This document shows positions 1 through 10,804 of a DNA stretch of 56,403 nucleotides, one piece after another. Position numbers and translations under genes: made by a program. Numbering within the stretch: position 1 is the stretch's first letter; the number at the start of each line of letters is the position of its first letter. This stretch comes from Candidatus Binatia bacterium. GTDB taxonomy: Bacteria > Pseudomonadota > Gammaproteobacteria > Nevskiales > Nevskiaceae. The notes beneath the pieces are model-generated. The model saw only the letters and a list, made by a program, of their open reading frames with translations, was not told the DNA's origin and did no database searches. The DNA lies in NCBI GenBank assembly GCA_035526525.1, contig DATLCG010000142.1, positions 1-56,403 on the forward strand, given 5' to 3'.

Positions 1-1
1 G

Positions 2-625
2 CGGCGCCGCGGTTGCCGCCTCACCGCCACGCGGCTGCAGCGAGGCGAGCGACTGCCTGGGGTGCGCGCTTTCGACTGGCTGATCGTCATGGGCGGGCCC
101 ATGAACATCTACCAGCAGGACCGGTACCCATGGCTGGTCCGGGAGAAGGACCTGATTAATGACGCATGCGTCACAAATAAGAAGGTTCTGGGATTGTGCT
201 TGGGCGGTCAATTGCTTGCCGACGTCCTCGGCGGGCCAGTCACTTCCAACCAGTCCAGCGAAATAGGCTGGTTTGGCGTAGAAATGACGGCAGAAGCCTG
301 CCGATCGCGCGTTTTTGCGGGACTGCCACGGGCCTTCCCCGCTTTTCACTGGCACGCGGACACCTTTGCCATTCCTCCGCGGGCCCGGCACGTCATGCGG
401 AGCGCCGCGTGCGCAAACCAGGGTTTCGAGGCCGATGACGGGCGCCTCGTCGGGCTGCAGTGCCACCTCGAGGTGCGCCATAGCGACGTCGGCCGCTGGG
501 TCGCCGAGGACCCGCCGGCGCCCGGACCCTGGGTGCAGACCCCGCAGGAGATGTCGCGCTCGCCGGCGCGCTTCGCGGCGACACATCGCCTGCTGCACAC
601 GCTGCTGGAACGCATGGCCGACTGA
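2..625 (+). CDS. class I glutamine amidotransferase domain protein (GuaA-like GATase1); 5' end off-window
   Basis: The frame stays open to the left window edge. Motifs: ...LIVMGGPMN..., nucleophile elbow GLCLGGQLLA, HWH...LQCHLE triad region. Stop TGA at 623-625. Confidence 0.75.
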   Translation, partial: RRRGCRLTATRLQRGERLPGVRAFDWLIVMGGPMNIYQQDRYPWLVREKDLINDACVTNKKVLGLCLGGQLLADVLGGPVTSNQSSEIGWFGVEMTAEACRSRVFAGLPRAFPAFHWHADTFAIPPRARHVMRSAACANQGFEADDGRLVGLQCHLEVRHSDVGRWVAEDPPAPGPWVQTPQEMSRSPARFAATHRLLHTLLERMAD

Positions 626-686
626 AAAAGCAAGGCGCCGGCGCGCTCTACACTACGCGCCGTTTTCCGCGGATCCGCTTTCGCCG

Positions 687-1423
<737 letters not shown>

Positions 1424-1427
<4 letters not shown>

Positions 1428-3658
1428 CGGTGGAGCAGGAGCGCGTGCCGGACTGGCTCGCCGGTCCCGCGGAAGACGTGACGCCGCTGGTGGGCCCGCT
1501 CAACGCGGCGCAGCGCGAGGCGGTGACCGCGCCGCCGGAGCACCGCCTGGTGCTCGCCGGCGCCGGCTCCGGCAAGACCCGCGTGCTGGTGCATCGCGTG
1601 GCCTGGCTGCTGGCGGTCGAGCGGGTGTCGCCGCACTCGATCCTCGCGGTCACCTTCACCAACAAGGCCGCCGCCGAGATGCGCGGGCGCCTCGAGGCGC
1701 TGATCCGCGTGCCGGTCCGCGCGCTGTGGGTCGGCACCTTCCACGGGATCGCCCACCGCCTGCTGCGCCTGCACTGGAAGGAGGCGAAGCTGCCGCAGAA
1801 CTTCCAGATCCTCGACGCCGACGACCAGCAGCGCTTCATCAAGCGCGTGATGAAGGGCCTCGGCATGTCCGAGGAACAGTGGCCGCCGCGCACCGTGGTC
1901 GGCTTCATCAACGGCCAGAAGGAGGAGGGCCGCCGGCCGCAGGACCTCGGCGACAGCGGCGATCATTCCTTTCGCCAGCTGGTGCGCGTGTACTCGGCCT
2001 ACCAGGCCGCCTGCGATGCGGCCGGCCTGGTGGACTTCGCCGAGCTGCTGCTGCGCGCCTACGAACTGACGCGCGACGTGCCGGAAGTGCAGGCGCACTA
2101 CCGGCGCCGCTTCCGCCACCTGCTGGTGGACGAATTCCAGGACACCAATACGCTGCAGTACCAGTGGCTGCGCGTGCTGGCCGGCGACAGCGGCGTGCTG
2201 TTCGCGGTGGGCGACGACGACCAGAGCATCTATTCATGGCGCGGCGCGCGCGCCGACAACATGATGAAGCTGTCGCGCGACTTTCCCGGCGCGCAGGTGG
2301 TGAGGCTCGAGCAGAATTACCGCTCGAGCGGCACCATCCTGAAAGCGGCCAATGCGCTGATCGCGCACAACACGGGCCGGCTCGGCAAGAACCTGTGGAC
2401 CGCGGGCGGCGAGGGCACGCCGATCCAGGTGTACGCCGCGTTCAACGACTACGACGAGGCTGAGTTCGTGGTGCACCGCATCCGCGAGTTCCACGCGCGC
2501 GGCCGCGAGTGGGCCGAGCAGGCGATCCTGTACCGCACCGCCGCGCAGTCGCGCGTGTTCGAAGAGACGCTGATCCGCGAGCGCATCCCGTACCGCATCT
2601 ACGGCGGCCTGCGGTTCTTCGAGCGCATGGAAGTGAAGGACGCGCTGGCGTACCTGCGGCTGATCGGCAACCGCGCAGACGACCCCGCGTTCGAGCGCGT
2701 GGTGAACCTGCCGGCGCGCGGCATCGGCGCCACCACGCTCGACCGGCTGCGCGAGCTGGCCCGGGCGCAGGGCCTGTCGATGTGGGCGGCGGCGAAGGCG
2801 GCGGGCTCCGCGCTCGGCCGCGCCGCCGGCGCGCTGCACCAGTTCATGGAGCTGATCGAGGCGTTCGACCGCGACACGCAGAACCTGCCGTTGTCGCGCG
2901 CGGCGGAGATGGTGATCGAGCGCTCGGGGCTGAAGGAGCATTACCGCAAGGAGCGCGGCGAGCAGGCCGAGTCGCGCATCGAGAACCTGGACGAGGTGGT
3001 CAACGCCGCGCGCGGCTTCGAGGAGCCGCAGCCGGCGGAGGAGGGCATCACGCCGCTGTCGGCGTTCCTGACGCACGCCGCACTGGAGGCTGGCGAGCGG
3101 CAGGCCGGCGCCGGCGAGGACTGCGTGCAGCTGATGACGCTGCACTCCGCCAAGGGCCTGGAATTCCCGGTGGTGTATCTCGCCGGGCTGGAGCAGGGCA
3201 TGTTCCCGCATTCGCGGGCGGTGGAGCAGGGCGGGCTCGAGGAAGAGCGGCGCCTGTGCTACGTCGGCATGACCCGGGCGCGCGAGCACCTGTTCCTGAC
3301 GCATGCCGAGATCCGCCGCATGCACGGCGCCGAGCAGATCGGGGCGCCATCGCAGTTCCTTCGCGAGCTGCCGCCGGCGCTGCTGGTCGAGACACGGCCG
3401 CGCGCGGCGGTGCTGCGCCCCGCGCCCTACGCGTCGCGGCCCGATTTCCGGTCGCGCTCGCCGTTTCGCGCGCCGGTCGCGGACGACGCCGCGCCGGGCT
3501 TCCGCCTGGGCCAGCGCGTGAAGCATCCGAAATTCGGCGAGGGCACCATCCTGTCCTTCGACGGCGACGGCGAGCGCGTGCAGGTCGAAGTGCGCTTCCG
3601 CGAGGCGGGCACCAAGCGGCTGATGCTGTCGTTCGCCAACCTGCAGGCCTGTGACTAG
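1424..3658 (+). CDS. uvrD: DNA helicase II UvrD
   Basis: LNAAQREAVTAPPEHRLVLAGAGSGKTRVLVHRVAWLL (Walker A), DEFQDTN, and SF1 helicase motifs throughout; UvrD-type C-terminal tail. GTG at 1424 overlaps the TerC stop (GTGA). Alternative starts at 1430 or 1445. Confidence 0.93.
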
Positions 3659-3659
3659 C

Positions 3660-3776
3660 GTGAGCACGCTCGGCGTCGTGGTCACCCTGCTCGCGCTCGG
3701 CGCGATCGCGGCGCCGTTCCTCGTCTACTGGCGCAGCGTGCGGCGCCGGCGGCCGCCGGACCGGCCTCCGCCATGA
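3660..3776 (+). CDS. possible 38-aa single-TM small protein, translationally coupled to mtfA
   Basis: GTG 2 nt after the uvrD stop. Sequence VSTLGVVVTLLALGAIAAPFLVYWRSVRRRRPPDRPPP: a hydrophobic helix plus a basic tail. Nearly all third codon positions are G/C. Its stop overlaps the mtfA ATG (ATGA). Too short for the ORF track. Confidence 0.3.
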   Translation: MSTLGVVVTLLALGAIAAPFLVYWRSVRRRRPPDRPPP

Positions 3777-4522
3777 GCTGGCTGCGACGCCTGCTGCGTC
3801 GCGGCCCGGCGCCGTTTGCGCCGGCGTGGCGCGCGCTGCTGGAGCGCCGCCTGCCGCAGCACGCGCTGCTGGACGCCGTGCTGCTGCCGCGCTTCGAGGC
3901 CCGGGTCCAGGATTTCCTGCGCCGCAAGCGCTTCTACGGCTGCGACGGCCTGGTGGTCACCGAGGAAATGCGCGTGCTGGTCGCGGGCGTGGCCGCGCTG
4001 CTGGTGCTGCGCGAGGACGCGGCGGCCTATCCGCAGCTGCGCTCGGTGCTGCTGTATCCGCGTGCATTCTGGGTGCGCCATCGCGAGCCGTACGACATCG
4101 GCGGCGACCTCGAGCTGGTGTCCGACGAGGAGCAGCTGCAGCTGGGCGAATCGCAGGACGTGGGCCGCGTGGTGCTGTCCTGGGAGGACGTGCAGGCCGC
4201 GCTGGCGGGCGACCCGGTGCACGTCGCCGCGCACGAGTTCGCGCACCAGCTCAACGACGAGAACCCCGGCATCGAGGGCGCACCGCCGCTGGCCGACTAC
4301 GGGCGATGGTCGCGCGTGATGGAAGCGGCTCTCCAGGAACTGGGGCGTCGCGGCTCGCCGGTGCTCGACGAATACGGGCTCGAGGGCCCGGCCGAATTCT
4401 TCGCGGTGGCGACCGAGGCCTACCTGCAGCGCGGCGCCCTGCTGCAGCGCCACCACCCGGAGCTCTACGCGCTGCTGCGGGACTACTACCTGCTCGACAC
4501 GGCGCAGCTGCGCGCGCACTGA
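3773..4522 (+). CDS. mtfA: zinc metallopeptidase, M90 family (MtfA-like)
   Basis: 249 aa with HEFAHQLN zinc motif and ...GPAEFFAVATEAYL... typical of MtfA/DUF980. Confidence 0.8.
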   Translation: MSWLRRLLRRGPAPFAPAWRALLERRLPQHALLDAVLLPRFEARVQDFLRRKRFYGCDGLVVTEEMRVLVAGVAALLVLREDAAAYPQLRSVLLYPRAFWVRHREPYDIGGDLELVSDEEQLQLGESQDVGRVVLSWEDVQAALAGDPVHVAAHEFAHQLNDENPGIEGAPPLADYGRWSRVMEAALQELGRRGSPVLDEYGLEGPAEFFAVATEAYLQRGALLQRHHPELYALLRDYYLLDTAQLRAH

Positions 4523-4529
4523 CCCCGGT

Positions 4530-5093
4530 TTACTGTCCCGGGGGCAGCCGCATGGTGATGCCGTCCAGGCCGTTCTTCTCGAGCTGCGACACGATCGCAT
4601 CGACGCGCGCGCGGTCCTTCTCGGGGCCGATGCGCACGCGGTACCAGGTCGTCTGGTTGTCGATGGTGACCTTTTCGACGCGCGACTCGATGCCCAGCAG
4701 CGCGAGGCGCGCCTTCTGCTGGTCGGCCTCGGCGCGGTCCTTGAACGAGCCGACCTGCACGACGTAGCGCTCGCCGGCGCCGCCTTCCGGCTTCGCACCC
4801 GACTCCGGCTTCACCGACTCGCGCGGCACCACCACCTCGTAGCTGGGCAGCAACTCGTAGAAGGCGAAGCGGGAAGGCTCCTTCGGCGGGATGGTGATCT
4901 TCTTCTTGCCGCCCTTGGCCTTGTCGGCCGAGGCGTCGAGGGCGGGAGCGGCGCCGGGCAGCGGCCGCGTGACGTAGTAGCCGGCGGCGCCGGCTGCACC
5001 GAGCGCCACGCCCGCCACCAGCCAGAGCCAGCCGGGCACCTGCGGCCCGGCCTGCCGGCGGCCGCCGTCGCGCTGCGCGAAATCCTTGCTCAT
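4530..5093 (-). CDS. SPOR domain-containing cell-division-type protein (FtsN/DedD-like)
   Basis: ATG at 5093 overlaps the argS stop (ATGA). N-terminal TM (WLWLVAGVALGAAGAAGYY). C-terminal SPOR fold YVVQVGSFKDRAEADQQKARLALLGIE...WYRVRIGP. 187 aa. Confidence 0.85.
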   Translation of the reverse strand: MSKDFAQRDGGRRQAGPQVPGWLWLVAGVALGAAGAAGYYVTRPLPGAAPALDASADKAKGGKKKITIPPKEPSRFAFYELLPSYEVVVPRESVKPESGAKPEGGAGERYVVQVGSFKDRAEADQQKARLALLGIESRVEKVTIDNQTTWYRVRIGPEKDRARVDAIVSQLEKNGLDGITMRLPPGQ

Positions 5094-6898
5094 GCCCTGG
5101 CCTCCAGCCGCTCCATGCGCTCGGGTGCCGACACGCCGAGCCAGCCCAGCACGTTCTTCAGCACCTGCCCGGTCGCGGCCACCAGCGCCAGCCGCGCGTT
5201 GCGCAGCTCCGCATCGTCCACCAGGAAAGGATGGGCGTTGTACCAGCCGTGGAAGGCGTCGGCCACCTCGCGCGCGTAGAACGCCAGCTGGTGCGGCGCC
5301 AGTTGCGCGGCCGCATCCTGCACCAGCTCCGGCAGCCGCGCGAGCCGCTGCAGCAGGACCTTCTCCTGCTCCTGCACCAGCAGCGACAGCGAGCGCTCGC
5401 CGAGCGCGCGGTCCACCGCCAGGCCGCGCTCGCCGGCCTGCCGGAACACGCTGGCGGCGCGCGCGCAGGCGTACTGCACGTAGAACACGGGGTTGTCGTT
5501 GCTCTGCGCCCTGGCCAGCTCGAGGTCGAACTCCAGGTGCTGGTCGTGCGACCGCAGCAGGTAGAAGAAGCGCGTGGCGTCGCGGCCGGCTTCGCGCAGC
5601 AGGTCGTCGAGCGTGACGAAGTTGCCGCTGCGCTTGCCCATGCGGCCGTGCGCGAGCGTCACGAACTGCATCAGCGGGATGCGCAGCGCCTCGCTGCGCC
5701 CGGTAAGGGCGTGCATCGCGGCGCGCATCCGCACCAGCAGGCCATGGTGGTCGGCGCCCCACACGTCCACCAGCAGCGGCGCATGGCCCGGACTCCCGGC
5801 GCGGCGCAGCTTGTCCACGTGATACGCGAGATCGTTACCGAAATAGGTCGGCTGGCCGTTGGCCTTCACCAGCACGCGGTCCTTGTCGTCGCCGTGCGCG
5901 GTGGTGCGGAACCACAGTGCGCCGTCCTGCTCGTAGGTGTGCCCGGACGCGACGAGCTGCGCGCGCGCGCGCTCGGCCGCGCCGGACTGCACCAGCTCGC
6001 GCTCGGAGAACCAGCGGTCGAAGCGCACGCCGAAGGACTCCAGCGTCGCGCGGATGCGCTCGAGCTGGTCGTTCAGGGCAAAATCGCGCATCGCCGCGTA
6101 CATCGGGCCCAGCATCTGCTGCGCGCGCGCGATCAGCGCGTCCAGGTGCGCTTCCTGCTGCGCCTTGGCGGCGTCGCGCGCGGCGTCGTCCGCGCCCTCC
6201 GGCGTGACGGGATCCGGCGGCAGGCCCGCAGCGACCTCGGCCGCGGCGCGCCCGAGCATGGCGCCGGCGCCCTGCAGCAGTTTCTGCGCGGTCTCGCGCA
6301 CGTAGTCGCCGGGGTAGCCGCGCGCGGGAAAGCTCACACGCTCGCCCTGCAGCTCCAGCGCGCGCAGCCACACCGACACCGCCAGAACATCCACCTGCCG
6401 GCCGGCGTCGTTGATGTAGTACTCGCGCAGCACCTCGTAGCCGGCGGCGTCGAGCAGGTTCGACAGCGCATCGCCGTACGCCGCGCCGCGGCCGTGCCCC
6501 ACGTGCAGCGGTCCCGTGGGATTCGCCGACACGAACTCCACCAGGATGCGGCCGCGGGTCGTCGCCGCGCGGCCGTACGCGCTGCCGGCAGCCAGGATCG
6601 CGGGCACGACCGCGTGCAGCGCGTCGGCGGTGAGAAAGAAATTGATGAAGCCCGGGCCCGCGATCTCGACCCGGGCGACGCGCGGCGAGGCCGGCAGATG
6701 CGACACCAGCGCCTGCGCCAGGTCGCGCGGCGGTCGGCGCAGCGGCTTGGCGAGCACCAGCGCGAGATTGCTGGCGAAGTCGCCGTGCTGGTCGCCGCGC
6801 GCGGCGTCGATGGCGATCGCCGCGGGGGGCTCGACGCCGCTGCCGGCGAGCACCGGCCCGAGGGCGGCGCGCAGCAGGGATTCGAGATGATCTTTCAC
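5090..6898 (-). CDS. argS: arginine--tRNA ligase
   Basis: VKDHLESLLRAAL... N-terminus, class I HVGH motif (SANPTGPLHVGHGRGAAYGDAL), MGKRSG (KMSKS-like), DALR anticodon domain at the C-terminus. GTG start at 6898. The 1029-aa ORF in the track is an upstream extension. Confidence 0.93.
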   Translation of the reverse strand: MKDHLESLLRAALGPVLAGSGVEPPAAIAIDAARGDQHGDFASNLALVLAKPLRRPPRDLAQALVSHLPASPRVARVEIAGPGFINFFLTADALHAVVPAILAAGSAYGRAATTRGRILVEFVSANPTGPLHVGHGRGAAYGDALSNLLDAAGYEVLREYYINDAGRQVDVLAVSVWLRALELQGERVSFPARGYPGDYVRETAQKLLQGAGAMLGRAAAEVAAGLPPDPVTPEGADDAARDAAKAQQEAHLDALIARAQQMLGPMYAAMRDFALNDQLERIRATLESFGVRFDRWFSERELVQSGAAERARAQLVASGHTYEQDGALWFRTTAHGDDKDRVLVKANGQPTYFGNDLAYHVDKLRRAGSPGHAPLLVDVWGADHHGLLVRMRAAMHALTGRSEALRIPLMQFVTLAHGRMGKRSGNFVTLDDLLREAGRDATRFFYLLRSHDQHLEFDLELARAQSNDNPVFYVQYACARAASVFRQAGERGLAVDRALGERSLSLLVQEQEKVLLQRLARLPELVQDAAAQLAPHQLAFYAREVADAFHGWYNAHPFLVDDAELRNARLALVAATGQVLKNVLGWLGVSAPERMERLEARA

Positions 6899-6953
6899 GG
6901 ACGGGGACAGGCGCGAGCGGCGGCGCAGTGTAAACGCTTTCCCCGCGAATCCT

Positions 6954-7259
6954 TCAGCGCGGCGGCCCCGATTGCAGGCGCTCCGCGCGGCGCCGCTCGC
7001 GCTCGCGCTCCTCGCGCTGGTGCAGGGCCCACAGCTCTTTCGGCGTGAGGCCGCCGTCGTGGTCGGTGTCGATCTCGTCGAAGTGGCGGGACAGCACTTT
7101 CGGCAGTCCGGCGGCGGCCTCCTTGCGGTCGAGCGAGCGCGAGTGATCGAGATCCGCGGCCCGGAAGCGCTGCTCCCACTCCGCGCGCAGCTTCGCGTCG
7201 GGCGCGGCGGCAGCCGCCGCGAGCGGCAGCAGGGCAGCGAGCATCGGGACGAGACGCAT
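6954..7259 (-). CDS. secreted small EF-hand calcium-binding protein
   Basis: Signal peptide MRLVPMLAALLPLAAAAAAP. Two canonical 12-residue EF loops, DLDHSRSLDRKE and DTDHDGGLTPKE. 101 aa. Confidence 0.75.
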   Translation of the reverse strand: MRLVPMLAALLPLAAAAAAPDAKLRAEWEQRFRAADLDHSRSLDRKEAAAGLPKVLSRHFDEIDTDHDGGLTPKELWALHQREERERERRRAERLQSGPPR

Positions 7260-7300
7260 GCTGCATTGTAGGCGCCGTCGTTGCGGTACCCTGCGCCGCG

Positions 7301-8232
<932 letters not shown>

Positions 8233-8236
<4 letters not shown>

Positions 8237-9414
8237 ACCTGCGCATCGCGGCGCTCGCCGCCAAGGAATGGCGCATCCTGCTGCGCGACCGGCAGGGCAT
8301 GGCGGTGCTGTTTTTGATGCCCGCCGCGTTCATCCTGATCATGTCGCTGGCGCTGCGCGACGCGCTGAGCCCGACGCGCACGGGCGCGCTCACGGTCCTG
8401 TGGCTGGACCAGGACCGCTCCTATTTCGCGCTCGCGCTTTCCGATGCGCTGCAGGGTCACGCACAGCTGCAGGCCGTCAAGGACGACGCCGCGCTGCAGT
8501 CGGGGCTCGCCGCCGGCGCGGCGCCGTTCGCGGTGCGCATCGCGCCGCAGTTCGCCGCGCGCATTGCGGAGGGGCAGGGCGCGGCCCCGCTGGTGCAGGC
8601 ACTGCTGTCGCCCAGCGCGCCGCCGCAGGCCCGGCTGCTGTTCCTGGCGCAGCTGCGCGCCGCGCTGGCGCAGGTGCAGGCCGAGTGGCTGATGGAGGAC
8701 GAGATGGGGGTGCCGCACGCCGACGCCGAAAAGATGCGCGCGCGGCTGGACCCGTCGGCACTGAAGATCGAGGAGACCTACCCGGGTGCCGTGGGGCCGC
8801 CGAACGCGGTGCAGCAGGCGGTGCCGGCGTGGCTGGTGTTCGCCATGTTCTTCGTGGTGCTGCCAATCGGCGTCAGCGTGCTGGCGGAGCGCGAGCAGGG
8901 CAACCTGCGCCGGCTGTCGCTGCTGAACCTGCCGCCGGCGCTGCTGCTCGCCGGCAAGTTTCCGGCTTATTACGTGGTGAACCTGGCGCAGTTCGCGCTG
9001 ATGCTCGCGGTCGGCGTCTGGGCCGTGCCGGCGCTCGGCGGCGACCGTCTCGCGCTGGGCCACAGCCTGCCGGCATTGTGGCTGGTGGCATCGGCACTGA
9101 GCATCGCGGCCATCGGCTTCGCGCTCGCCATCGCCGTGATCGCGCGCAGCAGCGTGCAGGCGACGACCCTGGGCGGCGTCGCCAACCTGCTGCTCGGCGC
9201 CGTCGGCGGCGTCATGGTGCCGAAGCTGGTGATGCCGCCCGCGATGCAGGCCGCGTCGGTCATTTCTCCCATGTCCTGGGCCCTCGAGGCCTGCTGGGAT
9301 ATCCTGCTGCGCGGTGGCGGCGTCACCGACGTGCTGCCCGAATGCGCGGCGCTCGTGCTGTTCGGCGCCGCCGGTTTCACGGTGGCAACCCTGCTGTTCC
9401 CGACTTCCGAATGA
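8233..9414 (+). CDS. ABC-2 type transporter permease
   Basis: 393 aa. N-terminal TM, a large loop, then 5 C-terminal TM segments, as in ABC-2 family permeases. Coupled to the ATPase upstream and the ACP downstream. Confidence 0.85.
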
Positions 9415-9677
9415 AAGGCTCCCAGGACCCGGCGCTCAAGCTGCGCCTCAAGCAGCTCATCGTCACCGAGGCCGACAAGGACGTCGCGCCCGAATCGATC
9501 GGTGACGACGAGGGCCTGTTCGGCCCGACCACGCGTCTGCAACTCGACTCCATCGACGGCCTGCAGGTCTCCATGGCGCTGCAGCTGCAGTTCGGCGTGC
9601 GCGTGACCGACCCGAAGGAACTGGTGCGCATCATGCGCAGCATCAACACCCTCGCCGACCACCTGCAGCCGCTGTGA
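9411..9677 (+). CDS. acyl carrier protein (phosphopantetheine-binding; DarC-like role inferred)
   Basis: 88 aa, read from the tail of a longer ORF frame. Serine attachment motif ...LQLDSIDGLQVSMAL.... ATGA and GTGA overlaps with both neighbours. Confidence 0.8.
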   Translation: MKGSQDPALKLRLKQLIVTEADKDVAPESIGDDEGLFGPTTRLQLDSIDGLQVSMALQLQFGVRVTDPKELVRIMRSINTLADHLQPL

Positions 9678-10804
9678 CCGGCGACGCCTGCCTGCTCGGC
9701 TGCGGGCTGGTCACCTCGCTGGGCGACGGCCTGGCGGCGCAGCTGCCCGCGCTGCGCGCCGGGCGCGCCGGTGCGCACGCCGTGCCGCAGGGCTACCAGA
9801 TGCCGCCGTGGCCGTATCACCTGGCCGTCGCCTACGCCGGCGCAACGCGCATGTACGACATGCTCGATCGCGCGGTGGAGCAGGCGCTGGCGGAAGCCGA
9901 CCTCGCTGCCGCTCAGCTCGATCGCATGGCGGTGCTGGTCGGCAGCACCTGCCTGGACCTGCCGCTGCAGGAGAGCGAGTACGCGGCGCAGGCGGCGGCC
10001 GGCGCGGGCCGCGTGCCGATCAAGGGGCCGAATTACGGCAACGTCGCGGCGCACCTGGCGCAGCGCTTCGGCCTGCGCGGCCCGCAATACACGCTCAACA
10101 CGGCCTGCTCGTCGAGCGCCAACGCCCTGCTGCACGCGCGCCTGCTGCTGCACGAGGGCCGCGTGCAGCACGCGCTCGTCGTGGGTGTCGAGTCGTACAA
10201 CCGCCTTTCGGTGCAGGGCTTCGGCTCGCTCATGCTCCTGTCGAAGTCGCGCTACCGCCCCTTCGACCGCGACCGTGACGGCCTGATCCTGGGTGAGGGC
10301 GCCGGCGCGCTGGTGCTCGGCACCGGTGGCGGCACCGAGCGCATCGTCGGCGCCGCGTCCGCCTGCGACCCGTCGAGCCCCACCAACTCGGCGCCGGCTC
10401 GCATCGCCGAGGTCATGCAGGCGGCACTCGCCGACGGCGGCGTCCCGCTGGGCGCGCTCGCCGCCATCAAGGCGCATGGCACCGGCACGGGCAGCAACGA
10501 TGGCGCGGAGGGCCAGGCCATGCGCGAGCTCGGCGCCGCCGCGGGCGGGCTGCCGCCCTTCACCTCGCTGAAGCCCTACGTCGGCCACACGCTCGGCGGG
10601 TGCGGGGCGATCGAGCTGCTGCTGCTGCTCGCCGCGTGGCGCGAGGGTTTCCTGCCGGCCACGCCGGAATTCGCGCAGGCCGACCCGGCGATCGGCGTCG
10701 CGCCGTTGCCCGCGGCGGTCGCCCTGCCCGCGCGCGGCGCGGTGCTGTGCAATTTCTTCGGCTTCGGCGGCAACAACACCTCGCTGGTGGTCGCGCGCGG
10801 ATGA
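9674..10804 (+). CDS. beta-ketoacyl-ACP synthase, FabF/FabB-type (KS)
   Basis: 376 aa. Active-site Cys in YTLNTACSSSANAL and His residues in IKAHGTGTGSND and YVGHTLGGCGAIE. GTG start overlaps the ACP stop. Confidence 0.9.
   Translation: MTGDACLLGCGLVTSLGDGLAAQLPALRAGRAGAHAVPQGYQMPPWPYHLAVAYAGATRMYDMLDRAVEQALAEADLAAAQLDRMAVLVGSTCLDLPLQESEYAAQAAAGAGRVPIKGPNYGNVAAHLAQRFGLRGPQYTLNTACSSSANALLHARLLLHEGRVQHALVVGVESYNRLSVQGFGSLMLLSKSRYRPFDRDRDGLILGEGAGALVLGTGGGTERIVGAASACDPSSPTNSAPARIAEVMQAALADGGVPLGALAAIKAHGTGTGSNDGAEGQAMRELGAAAGGLPPFTSLKPYVGHTLGGCGAIELLLLLAAWREGFLPATPEFAQADPAIGVAPLPAAVALPARGAVLCNFFGFGGNNTSLVVARG

Noticed and set aside
626-686. Possible yybP-ykoY (manganese) riboswitch upstream of the TerC-family gene
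   Set aside because: The spacer is only 61 nt, too short for that riboswitch, and I could not see its conserved helices.
4523-4543. CCCCGG...CCGGGG hairpin between convergent mtfA and the SPOR gene as a bidirectional terminator
   Set aside because: The stem is only 6 bp, it partly lies inside the SPOR coding sequence and it has no T-tracts. That is too weak to annotate.
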